The notes under the pieces were generated by a model. That model was not told the origin of the DNA and ran no database searches. It was given only the letters and a program-made list of their open reading frames with translations. DNA of 63,983 bases, filler included, from Circinaria calcarea (lineage: Eukaryota): NCBI GenBank assembly GCA_051942165.1. It is 10 parts of 10 records of this genome, joined end to end, with 100 filler letters (N's around TTAATTAATTAA, not from the genome) between each part and the next. Parts side by side here need not be neighbours in the genome. Positions count along the whole stretch, not along the records: positions 19,422 to 25,791 come from JAVECS010001604.1; positions 25,892 to 32,257 come from JAVECS010001605.1; positions 32,358 to 38,719 come from JAVECS010001606.1; 7 more parts are not named here. One strand, 5' to 3'. Shown piece after piece: positions 23,391 to 37,993 of the stretch (within the stretch, counting starts at the first letter, position 1; each line of letters starts with the position of its first letter). The translations under genes were made by a program, and so were the position numbers.

Positions 23391-25791
23391 ATGGATATAT
23401 CAGCAGAAGACAGATCGTCTGGAGAAAGCGAGAGATCCCATGAGCCACAAACAAACCTTCCAGCTAATGGCAACACCGACAATGCAGCTTCTAATGCTCC
23501 GGATAATGAGCACCAGTTCCAGAAGGCAATCTCGGCATGGCGAAGTACGACTTCGGTGATCTTCCAAACGCACAGATGTCGGGGCTGATCCTTCGTTCTA
23601 CAGGTATCAACTTTAGCAATCTCATCCCAGAGCTTGACAACACAGCTTCCGACGTCATATCACATCAAAAAGACTCGCTCGTCCAACGTAAAGAGCTAGC
23701 CCAGAAGACAAAGGACTTCCGAAAACTAGATGATGCTGCGAAGTTAGGGGAGTTCAAGGCATTGTTGAAAGGTTAAGACGCCAGCATAGATTCTCTGGGC
23801 TCCCGGCTGACGGTGGGAGATAGCCTATCAAACCTTCATCGATCTACTTACAAACCATGGCAAAACTACTTCTTCTGCGTTTCTACAGCTATACTCGACT
23901 ATCTCTGAAGCACCGGACCCCTATCCCTTACTCGAAGCATCTGTTGACTCTCTCCTCGTGTCCGAAGAGACGCTTCCCAAAATCACCTCGGAGAACGAGC
24001 GTCTTCAACGATCGATAAGCAACCTCACCCAAGAACTAGAAAACGTAGAACAGCAGTTAGAACAAGAGCGCTCGGCCCGGAAAAGCCTGGAAGATTCGCT
24101 AGCTACCAAGTCACAAGCTATAGAAGCATCTTGGCAAGCTGTGCTGGAAGAGAAGAAGGACAACTGGGAGACCAAGGAGAAGCATTTAGAGGAGAAGATA
24201 GAGAGCCAGGAACGCCTCCTGAACGAACTGAAAGCTAGTTATGAGGTGTCGCAACGGTTAGGACATAACGGCAATGACGGGTTTGAGGACCGCCAAGCCA
24301 CAGCTAGTGCAGCTGAGCTAGAAATCGTCAGCTCAGATCTTGAAAGGACCAGCCAAAGGTTAGCTGAGGTAGAGGCAAGAAATGAACAACTTAGAATAGA
24401 GCTTGCACAAGCTAGCTCAAACCAACCACAACGGCTTGCAGCCCAAGAAGACTCAGCCTTCTCTCGCCTACGATCCGAAAATGCTTCACTGTTGCGAAAG
24501 CTCGATGCTATTAGGTTCGAAAAGGATTCCGAGTCACGCAAATTGGACACTCGGATAAGATCATTAGAGAGGGATTTCCAAAACGTTCAACAGGACAGAG
24601 GAGAGCTACGCGAAAGACTCCAGCAGTGGCGTGACTATCCTGATATCAAGCGGGAACTCGAGGTCTTCAAGGTATATTACTCACGTCCCTTACCGTTGTA
24701 TTTAGGGCTGATGGTTGACATTGCCTGGGCTAGGCAATCGAGTTTTCCCTTGGTGATGAAGATGATCAGATTGTAGATGCTCCGCCTGACGAAAGAGCCC
24801 CTCACAGACGTGGCTCAAGTTATAGTAACGGTGTTGCTAGTAACAATAGGAAGGAGAGCCTAGAGCAGTTGTTACTTGCTAGAAACAAGAAGCTCAGCAA
24901 CGAGATGGCGATTCTAAGGGTTTCCCATCAAGAATTACAGCGTGACCTAGAGGTACTCCGGGAAACAATATCCACGACGAATGCAGAACTTGAAAGGTCA
25001 CAGAATCTCAACACGACATTGGAGAACGATCTTTTGAATCTTCAGCGTGAAGCCTCCAATGCCTTTCCCAGCTCTGCCAAATCTACCATCTCTCGATATC
25101 CCACTTCAGCCAGTTACTCTGCGAGCCATTTTGCAGGCCGAGCACGAAGGGCCTCTCCGACTTCGTCGATTATATCTGGGTTTGAACCACAGATGAGTCC
25201 TTTCGACTCGTTGGATGCTATACGGGCCGGTGAACCGGTTGGTGGTGGCTCCGGAATCCTCCCCATGGTACAAGCCCAAAGGGATCGGTTCAAGCAAAAG
25301 AATTCACAGCTCGAGGAGGAACTGTCGAAGCAGTACAACGTTGTTTCTTCGCTACGGCAGGAAGTTGCATCTCTGCAAAAGGACAACTTGAGTCTTTACG
25401 AGAAGACCCGATATGTGTCAACGTACAACCGAGGTCAGCATGCATCATCCGCGTCAGCGTATGCGCAGAACCCGCAAGCAGCAACGATACCGATCTCAGC
25501 AGACAACCAATCCGGTTTGTCCATGGACCGCTATCGATCAGCGTACGAGGCCAACATTTCTCCATTTGCGGCCTTCCGTGGGCGCGAAGCCACGAGGGCC
25601 TACAGACGAATGAGCTTACCAGAGCGTATGGTCTTCTCCGTCACCCGCCTCGTCTTGGCGAACCGCACGAGCAGAAACCTGTTTGCCGCGTATTGTGTGG
25701 CGCTCCATGTTTTGATCTTCGTCATGCTCTACTGGATGCAAACGGTGGACGTCCAAAAGCATGCAAGCAACCTGAGCGACACTGTCCAAGC
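23391..25791 (+). CDS. COY1: Golgin Coy1/CASP (CUX1-like N-terminal coiled coil, CASP C domain, TM), 3' truncated
   Basis: FQKAISAWR, RKELAQKTKDFRKLDD, LSEAPDPYPLLEA, GILPMVQAQRDRFKQKNSQLEEEL, LQKDNLSLYEKTRY, YEANISPFAAFRGRE; introns 23545-23603, 23772-23823, 24672-24733. Confidence 0.93.
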
Positions 25792-25911
25792 NNNNNNNNN
25801 NNNNNNNNNNNNNNNNNNNNNNNNNNNNNNNNNNNTTAATTAATTAANNNNNNNNNNNNNNNNNNNNNNNNNNNNNNNNNNNNNNNNNNNNCTATTCACC
25901 CCCTCCCTCGG

Positions 25912-26528
25912 TGTGTCCGAGGGAGGGGGTGAATAGGGGAAGGGCGGAGGCGGTGGAGAAGAGTTTGGTTAGGGAGGTTACGGTTGAGAGCTGGAGGATG
26001 TTAGGATTGCTTACAGTAGGCGGGATTGATGCAGGGGTATGTACCATCCTGCTTCCCAGAACATTGCCAACAGAGGGCGCCATGTAAATGTTCTCCCCGA
26101 TCACAAAGTAGCAACTGATCGGGGTTATCTCGTCGTCGAGTCCTTGCCTCTTCCGCCGGTACTGTTTGCGGATCACCCAGACACCGCTGTTGTCTTGCTG
26201 GTGGCCATTGTTGGACGGATCGTGGGTCACCATGAACTCTAGGCCTTGCATGCTTCTCAGCCTTCCCTCGAACGCTTCCCGTGTTTGGATAAGGTAGAAC
26301 ATGTTGGGGTTGTAGGTTGCTTGTGTCGTGAGCGTGGCATTGTTGGATGTGGCGTCGAAGAAAGGGGAATGGGAGAAATACGGTAGGACTGCATAGCTAT
26401 CAGCTCTTGCAAGCCCCTCGAGGTTGAATGGGGATACCAGTGTTTGTGTGGATCCCCCCCATTGACTGAGCGATCGGGGGAGATCTCCATTGGATTTCAT
26501 CCAGCGGGGGTTCTTCGGAGGTAGCCAT
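25912..26528 (-). CDS. MED6: Mediator subunit Med6, 3' truncated
   Basis: MATSEEPPLDEIQWRSP..GGIHTNT|VLPYFSHSPFFDATSNNATL..GLEFMV..GVWVIRKQ..YFVIGENIYMAPSV; introns 26389-26437 and 25991-26044. Confidence 0.93.
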
Positions 26529-26846
26529 GAAGGAAACCGGAGTTGGAATTGGTTACATGGTGGCGCGTGTTGGTACATGTGTTCGTTCGCGACACCAGAC
26601 TAACAAAGTTGTAGATGATCCCTCTGAGATCTGTGATGACCCTTCGAAGCTCGGGCTTGAAACACTTCAATCTTAGGCGGGTGTGCTTGGCGAGAGCGCT
26701 TAAGAATTAGAGGCCACTTTAGCGCTGTGCGGGGGAATCCCTCCGACCTCGCTTCACTTGCACATGCGCCAGGTCTGCCCAAAAAAATCCAACATCAGAA
26801 TACGAACTCCATGTGGGACCCACCCTCTCTTGCGCCTTGAAAGCCG

Positions 26847-26853
26847 TGACTCA
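26847..26853 (+). promoter_or_regulatory. Gcn4/CpcA cross-pathway control element (TGACTCA)
   Basis: Perfect TGACTCA about 80 nt upstream of the homocitrate synthase ATG. Confidence 0.6.
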
Positions 26854-26932
26854 TCTCAATTGGAGTTTTGATTTAAGGACCCTTAAACCGCTCCATGAGA
26901 CCCGTTATACAAATCCCCAATTCATCGCCAAC

Positions 26933-28858
<1,926 letters not shown>

Positions 28859-29832
28859 AAGCTCGTTTCTGCCATTTCTGTATTGGGCTTTGGGATCGAT
28901 GCCTATAAAAAGTTATGTCCGTTAACGTCAATGGTGATCTATTCCTGGTTCTCTGTCAATACTGTCCTCGTTCTCATTGATCTTGACTTGACTTTGCGAA
29001 TCATGGTATCTGCTCGAACACTGACTCCTCGTTCCGTGGAGTTGATTGCCCCTTTCTAGGCCTCTTACAGTCTAGATACTCGATTTCTTTGTTTCCCCTC
29101 TCTGTAGGCAGGCCCTTACGCTCGTATGCATAAGAAGCTGCATATCAGTGCAGAGAGGGAGGAACGCAGAGACTTGAAAGGAGAATCTAGGCCTGCAGTC
29201 TCCGCCATAAGAGCAAAAGGGGTGTGTCCTGTGGACGGGATCTGACATTGCACTAAGATCGTGCATTGTTGAGCGCCTGTTGGTATGATGTCACCTCCTA
29301 AGAATCCGACTCTGGCATGACTCCTCTTTGATTGTTTGCTGCAGTGATCAGATGTAGGCATCAACTCTTGAGAGGAGACATTGGGCTACTGCAGAGATCG
29401 TAAGCGAATCATTTCTGTGATTGACGTTACACAAACTGCGGGGGTGGATATCTCAACATTTGTCCAGGTTTCTCCGAAGTTGTTAAGATGATGACTGACA
29501 ACTGTGCATCAGCGCATATTGGGTAGCCTCGCAGCACGATCGCAGGCTCAACTGCGCCAAGTAGGTGGAGAATATGCAAGCCCCGTCTACGGCTTAGGAG
29601 GTCGGAATTAGTAGACATGGCTGGAAAGTTTTATTACCAAGAAATGACGCGCTCCGTTCACTGATGCTCAAAAGGATGAGTCTTCCTGGAAGAAAATTTC
29701 TTTCCAGTTGTATAGGCGTTATTCAATCATCTCCCTGAAGAGCTTATTCAATACTGACGTCTGACTTATACGCCTTTCTATATCACCAGTACTAACAAGT
29801 ATCTTCCTCGCGGCTCAACGCAGAGGATCGAG

Positions 29833-30220
29833 ATGAAGCTCATCTATCTTGCCTTCGCAGCCTTCTTCACCCCTTTCGCGGTAGCGGCGCCATCTCCCTC
29901 GTTCTCCGTGTTGATTGACATCAACGACCACGGCAACAGTATTCACCGAGTCGAGGAAGCTCTCGAGGTTTGCTGGGCAGCATGCTCGGATAAAGAAACG
30001 CAGTGCCCAGGGAGTTGGGTGCGTTGAAATCCCTCATTAGTGTCCCCCGCTTCGATAGCAAGTTAGCTGACTATGGTATGCCACAGTATTCGCTTCAACT
30101 CAGTGTACGTTCGTTAAAGCTCTACTCTGGGTTCACACTACGATCGTTTGAAAACTAACACTACACTTGTAGGACTGTTGGACCTGCTGCAACGCATTGA
30201 AAGATGGATGTCTTGCTTAG
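29833..30220 (+). CDS. Small secreted cysteine-rich peptide precursor (83 aa), 3 exons including an 18-nt micro-exon
   Basis: Signal peptide MKLIYLAFAAFFTPFAVA; exons 29833-30018, 30087-30104, 30173-30220; introns GTGCGT..GCTGAC..CAG and GTACGT..ACTAAC..TAG; C-terminus CWAACSDKETQCPGSWYSLQLSDCWTCCNALKDGCLA. Confidence 0.8.
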
Positions 30221-31302
30221 TATCTCAGACGGAGACCAGAGGAGACCTGGACGAGGTACAATACAGTCTATTGATAGATGAGAACTTGTGGATGTTTTGC
30301 GTGCATGCGGTAACCGGTTTAGCAACTACTTGTTATGATGTTTCTGGTATTTGTTCTATTAGCCGATAAGTCAACTTAGGAAAAAGGTTTCCTCTTCAAG
30401 TGCTCCATCCAGAACTAAATTTTTGCCGCTGAATTGACATTTCCTCGGTGTAAGCTTAAGTTAAACATGTTTGTTTGCCGAAACCGCCGGCAGAGGTATC
30501 CGTTGACTGGTGCTGCTGTACTTTTCTCGCTAATATTGATGCAAGTGAAGAAAGATATACATTATACACCGGAAGCATAAGACGCAGCACATTCCATAAG
30601 GATGCAAGCCCGGCAATTTTCAATACAGGATGCAGGTCGGAAAACCTGGTTGATATCAATTAAAGTGCAGGGGTGGAGATGCATCCCGGAAAGCAAGTGA
30701 TATGCAGATTGAAATCATCAAGACATGGGAATCACAGCATCGCAGGATCGACATGGGGATGAAGACCAGCCGAAGCGGGGTCGATTGACCACTCGCCCGC
30801 ACAGGAACCATTCCTATTGGACTTAAAGAAGCTGAATAGCAGTTGGCTGTTCCCGAGATCTTACAGTAAGCATTGACGGAGTCGAGCTTCAGTATTCATT
30901 TTTGCTGCCAATAAAACGGCTTGTACTGTGCAGCTGCATGCAATCTCCCTTCGGCGATGCTCGGACTGCATCATTTGCATTCAGTACCACCAGGATCCAT
31001 CGGCAAAGGAGAAATTTTTCAGGACAACTTGCAGAAGAAAGGAGGGGAAATGACAACTATGAGACGTAACGCCCACACCATGGTCATTGATAGGCTGTAT
31101 CGCTGGCACAGCACGAAGCAGTCTAGACTTGATCCAATGAGCAATGTATACGTTGTACATCGTTTTTGCGGTCGCCTGGATCGAGTTGTTGGTATATAAT
31201 ATGCTCTTTCCAGTCAAGATCTTGAGGCATCCGGTCTACAAACAGTATCCTGGCACTCTTATCAACGCATCTATACTTTGTGAAGTAAATAAGACAATTA
31301 TC

Positions 31303-32257
31303 ATGGCTTTTACCACGATACTATGTTCACGTCGACTTGATTTCAAGGCCTTTGGTCTCTTCGGCTTGCTTGCCCTGGTATGGGAATGTACAGTTGCTTC
31401 GGCTCGACAAACGAATGTCAAAGCCACTGTACCAAAAGCAGCTCGAGGGAATGTTCATCACAACTACCACCAACAACAACAACAAACATTGCCACAGCCT
31501 TTCACGTCTCAGGTGCAGTTTGAACAGCAAGAGGCTAGCAACCAAGCGGACTGCCCCAGTGCCGACGGTCATAGCTACTACACCCCAGATGGCGTGTTCT
31601 ACGCAATTCAATGCTCTCGTCATCACTGGACCAACGTAATCAAGTATACAACAGCGTCTTCCCTTCAAGAATGCATTAATATATGCAACGAACAACCTGC
31701 CTGCAAAAGCGTCATTTATCACCTGATAGATGACAGCCAATGTGCATTACTATCTGGGACGGGCGAATCAACCGTGGACTCTGAAAAATGCCCTAATCAT
31801 CATTACGCATATCAGATCGATCCGCCAACTCAACCAGCGAAGGATGAGCTCTTGATTGCCTGTTCAATTACTTGCCCTACAGGCAAGTGCCCCCTTTGCA
31901 AAGGAAAATTCCTGAGATGCTAAGTTTGCCACATAGGTAACGGTCAAAGCTATGTCACGAGCTTTGGCGAAACATTCAGAATCAATTGTGGCAAGCGACA
32001 CGCGACGCCGCCTCTTACCCAAGATACTCGAGCGAGCTTGAAGGACTGTATGGAAGCTTGCTCAGCCCTTATTCCTTGTGCCAGTGTCGACTACCATGAA
32101 AGCTCCGGCACCTGCTACTACACCAGCCATCACGGCGAACCTACGGTTGTGACTTCTGGCTTCAGCAGTGCTTTCTCCCTCGGATGCACTGGCGGTTGCC
32201 AAGGGGATCCTAATGTCAAGCCCCCGAAGCCTCCTGCTCCCCCCACACCCCCGGCTC
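31303..32257 (+). CDS. Secreted Cys-rich PAN/apple-repeat protein, 3' truncated
   Basis: Hydrophobic leader; repeats CPSADG..Y..YAIQC..SLQECINICNEQPACKSVIY..CALL and CP..NGQSY..FRINC..SLKDCMEACSALIPCASVDY..CYY; intron about 31883-31936. Confidence 0.8.
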
Positions 32258-32909
32258 NNNNNNNNNNNNNNNNNNNNNNNNNNNNNNNNNNNNNNNNNNN
32301 NTTAATTAATTAANNNNNNNNNNNNNNNNNNNNNNNNNNNNNNNNNNNNNNNNNNNNCAGCCTCGTTCGATATTTCAGTGTATTATGACGAAGCAGATTT
32401 CTTTCCGTAACGGTAATATTGCTCCAGCACTTAGACGCTGTGTAATGCAGTAAGCCAACTTATTTAATTTGCTACTAGCTATGTGAAAATATCTGCTACA
32501 TATAAAATACCATACGGGCACCTGTATCAGCAATATGAATAATAGACTTAACCAGAGCTTCCTTCATGGGCACATGCGGTATCAAACTGAGTAATAAATT
32601 TAACCAGGACTTTCTTCCTTTGTTCGCTTATTACCGCCAAGGCCAAAATGAGACACCTGAGATACTATGCACAGTAGTTGATCTAGTCAACAGCATTTCA
32701 GTTTTGAACACAATCCCTCTCGGAACGTAAGTACAACCCGTTGAACGGCTAGAATAGTGTTGTCCATAGAGTTTGCCTAAAACATAATTTCTCAGCGCAT
32801 AGTCAGTAGGGCGTGAACTTCATTGGCTTACGACTGAAACACCGTGTTTACCCAAGTGTACTCAGCAAGGTACTGCAGCCAAATTTCTTTTGCAACCACT
32901 CACCCCATC

Positions 32910-33730
32910 ATGGCGCATTTGCAACGGTAGCAAAATATTTACCTAGTTACGATGTATGATGGCCACAGGGCTTACCAACCTTTGCAGGTTTTACGACAGT
33001 GGGGAATTTTCGGATTTACGTATCTTGTGCGGCAATCGAGAGTTTGCTGTCCACAAAGTTATTGTTTGTTCCCAGTCCAAAGTCTTATACGCTGCGTGCA
33101 CCGGCGGCTTTGAAGTAGGTGTCAAAGCTTGCTTGTTGCGGGTGTGGATTAGCTATAACTGTATTGACATCAAAGCAGGAGTCTGCACTCAATACAATCA
33201 AACTGGAAGACGACGACCTTTATATTGTCGAACGAATGATCTCTTTCATGTACTTGAACACCTACGCAGACCGAGATCCAGAGCCGGAAGAAGGCCCTAG
33301 CTCAAGGTCGGTTCTTCGTACGCACGCTGAAGTATACGCTATCGCCGACAAATATGATCTCCTTGAACTATCAGAGCTAGCGAGGACGAAGTATCGGGTC
33401 GCTCTCACATGGGAATGCAATCCCGCAGCATTTCTCGAATCCATCCCGACAGTGTATGATCTGACTCCAGAATCAAACCGGGGTCTGCGTGATGTGGTTT
33501 TGTATTATGCCAGGCAACATGCGGAAGAATTAAGAGAGGGAGAAGAGCTAATGTCACTCTTTGAAAGCGTAGCACACAGTGTTCCGGGATTTGCAGCCGA
33601 GTTACTGTTACAATACATGGATGCCCCCATAAGGGGTAATTGCAATGATTGCGGGCCGTATCAGAAGGTCCAAGTGCTACAGCTCCGATGCAAAAATTGT
33701 GGGAAAGGTGGAGCATCGTTGGAAGACTAG
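32910..33730 (+). CDS. BTB/POZ domain protein with C-terminal CxxC..CxxC motif; start uncertain (32910 via a short exon, or 32956)
   Basis: FSDLRILCGNREFAVHKVIVCSQSKVLYAACTGGFE|ESA..IKLEDDD..VERMISFMY..HAEVYAIADKYDL; intron 33115-33178. Confidence 0.88.
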
Positions 33731-34801
33731 GTAGAAGGTAGTCATGGTGATATCTTTAGAAAAACTTTTGCTTAAAAAACATACGAGTACATGCGAAGTA
33801 ATGCTATGAACAAAGAAAACGAGGACTGGCATTGCCGATAGACTCCCCAAGTTTTCTATAATAGCGAATTGAGCATAGACCATGCCAGCCCAGCCTCTGG
33901 TCTATTAAAACCCCAGCTTGACTAATTGACATCTCGTGCTCAAGTAACCAAGGCCTCCAACAGTGCAGCTGGTGCAGAGCTCTGTGCTGCACTGCACCTG
34001 CTGCACTGCCAAGGCTTCATATAAAGTCTACAACACCTCGCCCCTAGCTTGTAGTTCCGGACTCGGTGCGCGGAAGGGGGAGAGTCGTAATTCGTTATAT
34101 ATAGAGGTAAATAATAAAAGGAATAAAGAAAATTTAATGAATATATTATTAAGGTCTATAGCTCTAGTCTTAATACAGCGCTAAAATTGTATTTAATTAT
34201 CACCGACCTTTTCATGGGTGGTGTTTCTATAAATTACACGGTAGGTGCACTAATCTGGCCTAGGTTTCAGGATCCAAGCACATTAAATTTCAAATTTCCC
34301 CAGCACAAGTCTCTTCCTAGGTAACATACTAGTCCGCACTGGCATTCCATCATACTTGCACTGTCCTGCCAGTATGGTGCATCAGAGGAAGAAACTCAGA
34401 AACTCCGAAACTCCGAAACGGACTTACAAAACAGGTATCGTGTGCTTTCAACCTCTACAAGATTGCAAACGGTTCGTTTCCATGTTATAATTTTGCTACA
34501 ATCATCCATTCCGTACATATCCCACTCAACCTTCCAAAGACTCGAGGAACGTGCTAGGTGAAAGGGTTCCCCTGGTACACGATTCAAAGTTTTGGTCGTG
34601 CGGAGTGAACAAGCATCAGTGCCTTTAAAATAAAGCTGAAAGTCTTTCGAAGACATGACGAATTCACGCACTATAGAAGTCCGGTAGCAATGTGGCTGAG
34701 CAATCGGCTTTATCAACTCAATCCGGATGATCCTGACATAACCTGATATGCTCCATTGCTTCCATATTAGAACCTGATAGTATATCTCTAGCTAAGGCTT
34801 C

Positions 34802-35544
34802 CTAGTGAGGAAACTTTCCTAATACAGTCTTGACCTCTTCCCTCGCCTCAATGTTGTCCAACCACTTCTGTACCAACGGGTACCCATCAATGTTCAACTG
34901 CGCATACTTATATTCTTCCACCCACGGGTAAAAATGTATATCAACCGCACTGTAGCCACCTTCCAATATACTCTTCCCATCGGTCTTCTTCAACTGACCT
35001 TCCAATACCATAAAACACCGATGCGCCTGCTCTTCATAACGGGCAAGGGCGTCTTCGTTCTTGGACGGGTTGTAATGCCGGTACCAATTCACTTGACCCA
35101 TCATCGGGCCTAGTGTGCTCACCAGGAAGTAGATCCACTTTTCGTAATCGACCATGACTTGATCCGGATCTGAGGGGGAGGGATAGAGGGCATGCTCGGT
35201 GTCGTATTTTCGGAGCAGGTAGGAGATTACGGCACCGGATTCCCATGCCACGACACCGGTGTTGGGGTCCTCTATCATATCGGTATTAGTCCAGACTCAA
35301 GCAAGCGTGTAAAGTAAGGGGGATACATGAATGGGGTTGAATGGAGGAAGAGCGGGCTCCTACCGAGCGCTGGTACACGGCCATTCTCATTGATCTTGGT
35401 GAAGATCGGGCCTTTGACTCCATTCTCGGCGTCTCCAAACTCCCATAGCTTAATCTCGTAAGGGAGCTTCAGGAACTCCATGACGATGGCCGCCTTCTTA
35501 GGATTAGGACCGGAAGAGTGAGCATGCAGGATGAGAGTCTTCAT
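34802..35544 (-). CDS. Glutathione S-transferase (Ure2p-like/GST II class), 2 exons
   Basis: GPNPKKAAIVMEFLKLPYE..INENGRVPAL|EDPNTGVVAWESGAVISYL..LGPMMGQVNWY; intron 35272-35363. Confidence 0.92.
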
Positions 35545-36157
35545 GATGCTAGTTGTATTACGTGGTCTATGCACTTGTAGATATACAGTTGGGACGATTG
35601 AATACACTTGATAAGTACCGCTTGCGTAGATTTTGGGTTTTGGGTGTGGTAGGATAGTAAAAGGAATCCCGACGTATATAGAGAAATGGAAAAAAAGCAA
35701 AAGGAAATACAACCCTGAGGAGGGGGAGAGGCGCCCAGTCAGCTTACTTTCACTACTATTTTACCAATCGATCGCCACCTTTTTCTTTTAGTGAATGAGA
35801 TTACCCGTCCTCGATGTTGTATGGAATGTCGGTGATGATACTGGTAGCTGCTCTGCTGTTTGTAGCTTCGATATGATCCTGAATTCCCGATTTGCTTAAA
35901 CCGTGATAGCCGCAACGTATATGCCCGTCTCTTATGTGAGTGCACGGAGTCTTCTGAGATGTTGCTTCAGCGAGCATAGTCTAGACCCTCACCGCCTTCT
36001 AGAACATTAACAAAACGCGCGCTGGTTTAAGCTTATCGATTAGGGTTCGGGAAGATCCTTTGACCTAATGCGATATGCCTCTTTGAACTTTACCTTGAAC
36101 CGACGGTTTTACTTTTCGGTGATCAGGTCCAATACCTTCTCGTCCACACGCCAAAAT

Positions 36158-37532
36158 ATGTCGGAACTCCCTAAAACTTATGATGGTAAGATTCTCCGTC
36201 CCACCGGCAAGAAGCTACCAACCGTCCGAGCTGCCTGCCACTCGTGTACACTTGAGCCATTGCTTTGATGTCCCCTCTTCAATCTCCCTACAGAGCTATC
36301 ATCACGACTAACACCATACCTTCCTGGCAGGACCCATTCAAGTTGCCATAATCGGTGGAACGGGCCTCCCCCACCTCCCCACCTTCACGCCCGTCGCGCG
36401 TCTCCCACTCTCTCATCCCTCTCTCAAAACCCCATGGGGCACGCCTTCCTCACCTATAACTATACTCTCGCATCCACGATCTTCTCCGCAGCCTCCGCTC
36501 ACGGTCGCATTCCTTTCCCGTCATGGGTTCAGCCACGAATTGGCGCCGCATGAGATCCCATCCAGGGCGAATATGGCGGCATTGAGGAAGCTGGGGGTGA
36601 GATGCGTGGTGGCGTTTAGTGCAGTAGGAAGTTTGAAGGAAGAGGTTCGACCGAGAGACTTTTTGGTGCCGGATCAGGTGTTTGATCGGACCAAGGGGGT
36701 AGGTACTCATTTGGCGGGCTTTTTACAATGATTGGTATCCTGAGTCAAAGACATGTAGACCCATGAGATACGTTGAGTGGTTGATGTTTATGAGAGATAT
36801 GGAAGATCTACGGCAAGGGCTTGTCATCACGCAATAGCTAACTCGGAATATTCCCCATAGGTCAGGCCATGGACCTATTTTGAAGGTGGAGTCGTCGGCC
36901 ATGTCGGTTTCGCAGATCCCTTCGACAATGAACTTCGAGACATCATCGTCCAAGCAGTCCATGGAAAAGGGGTATTGAAAGGCGAAGATGTAAGGATCCA
37001 TGATCAAGGGACTTTAGTCTGTATGGGTAAGTATTTCCACCCCCACTTTCCCAATTCCTACAAACTTCGGCTGACCCCAAAAACAGAAGGACCCCAATTC
37101 TCCACTCGCTTCGAATCTATCTATTACCGCTCCCTCTCCTGCTCCGCCATCAACATGTCCGTGTTGCCCGAAGCCAAACTCGCCCGCGAAGCCGAGCTCG
37201 CCTACGCCATGATCTGCATGTCGACCGACTACGACTCCTGGCACGACACCAACGAATCCGTCTCCGTCGAAATGGTCATGGGCCACATGAAAGCCAACTC
37301 GGAGAATGCGTGCCACGTGGTCGCCGCCGTGCTAGATGAGTTGGGGAGGGAGGAGAGGGAGAGCGTGGTTGGGGGCGAGAAGTGGAAAGGGCAGACGGGA
37401 GGAGCGGTGGGGATTACGAAGGTGGAGGGGAGAAGCGAGGATGTGGTAAGGAAGTTGGGCTGGTTGTTCCCGGAGTACTTTGGGAGGAGTGAGGGTGGGG
37501 GCGAGGATGTGGGGTTTAAGGGCAGTGGATAA
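36158..37532 (+). CDS. MEU1: S-methyl-5'-thioadenosine phosphorylase (MTAP), 4 exons
   Basis: VAIIGGTGL, TPWGTPSS, VAFLSRHG, HEIPSRANMAALRKLGV, PDQVFDRTKG, MEGPQFSTRFES, INMSVLPEAKLAREAE, STDYDSW; introns about 36186-36330, 36699-36860, 37028-37086. Confidence 0.94.
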
Positions 37533-37993
37533 GAGATGATAGATAGACAGATAGCTCCGAAAGAAAGAATAGATTTACTTAAAACTGGATAGAACTAAAA
37601 TCTCCTTCTTAGTATAGAGCCCATCACATCTACCATCCTGACCGATCTGGCATCTCATCCATCTCCCTTCCCTTTCAACCTTTCCTCTCTATTCTCTCAG
37701 GGAAAGGAAGAGAGAAGAGAAGAGAAGAAGATGGTGATGGGGATGGGTGGACCAGGAGTGGTTGAGAGTACAGATGACAGATGAGGACAGGAGCGAATGG
37801 AATAGAGAAGGGGAAGGGGTCTGAGGATTGAAGCGGGAAGAGGAACTAAACTACATACCAAGTAGAATAGAAAGTGGTTGGGTCGATAGTAGACTTAATT
37901 ATGTTAAATAATTATTCCCATTTACATACAAGTATTCCATTTCCTCCCCCAAAGTAAGCAACCTACTCTAGGTATCCCAAACACTACCACCTA

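Noticed and set aside
25892..25936. Perfect 20-bp hairpin giving MED6 an apparent stop (LGHTEGGGE*)
   Set aside because: It sits exactly at a contig end and mirrors adjacent coding sequence, which is a typical fold-back library or assembly artefact.
34396..34716. 106-aa minus-strand ORF downstream of the GST
   Set aside because: No recognisable motif or splice structure; cannot be supported as a gene.
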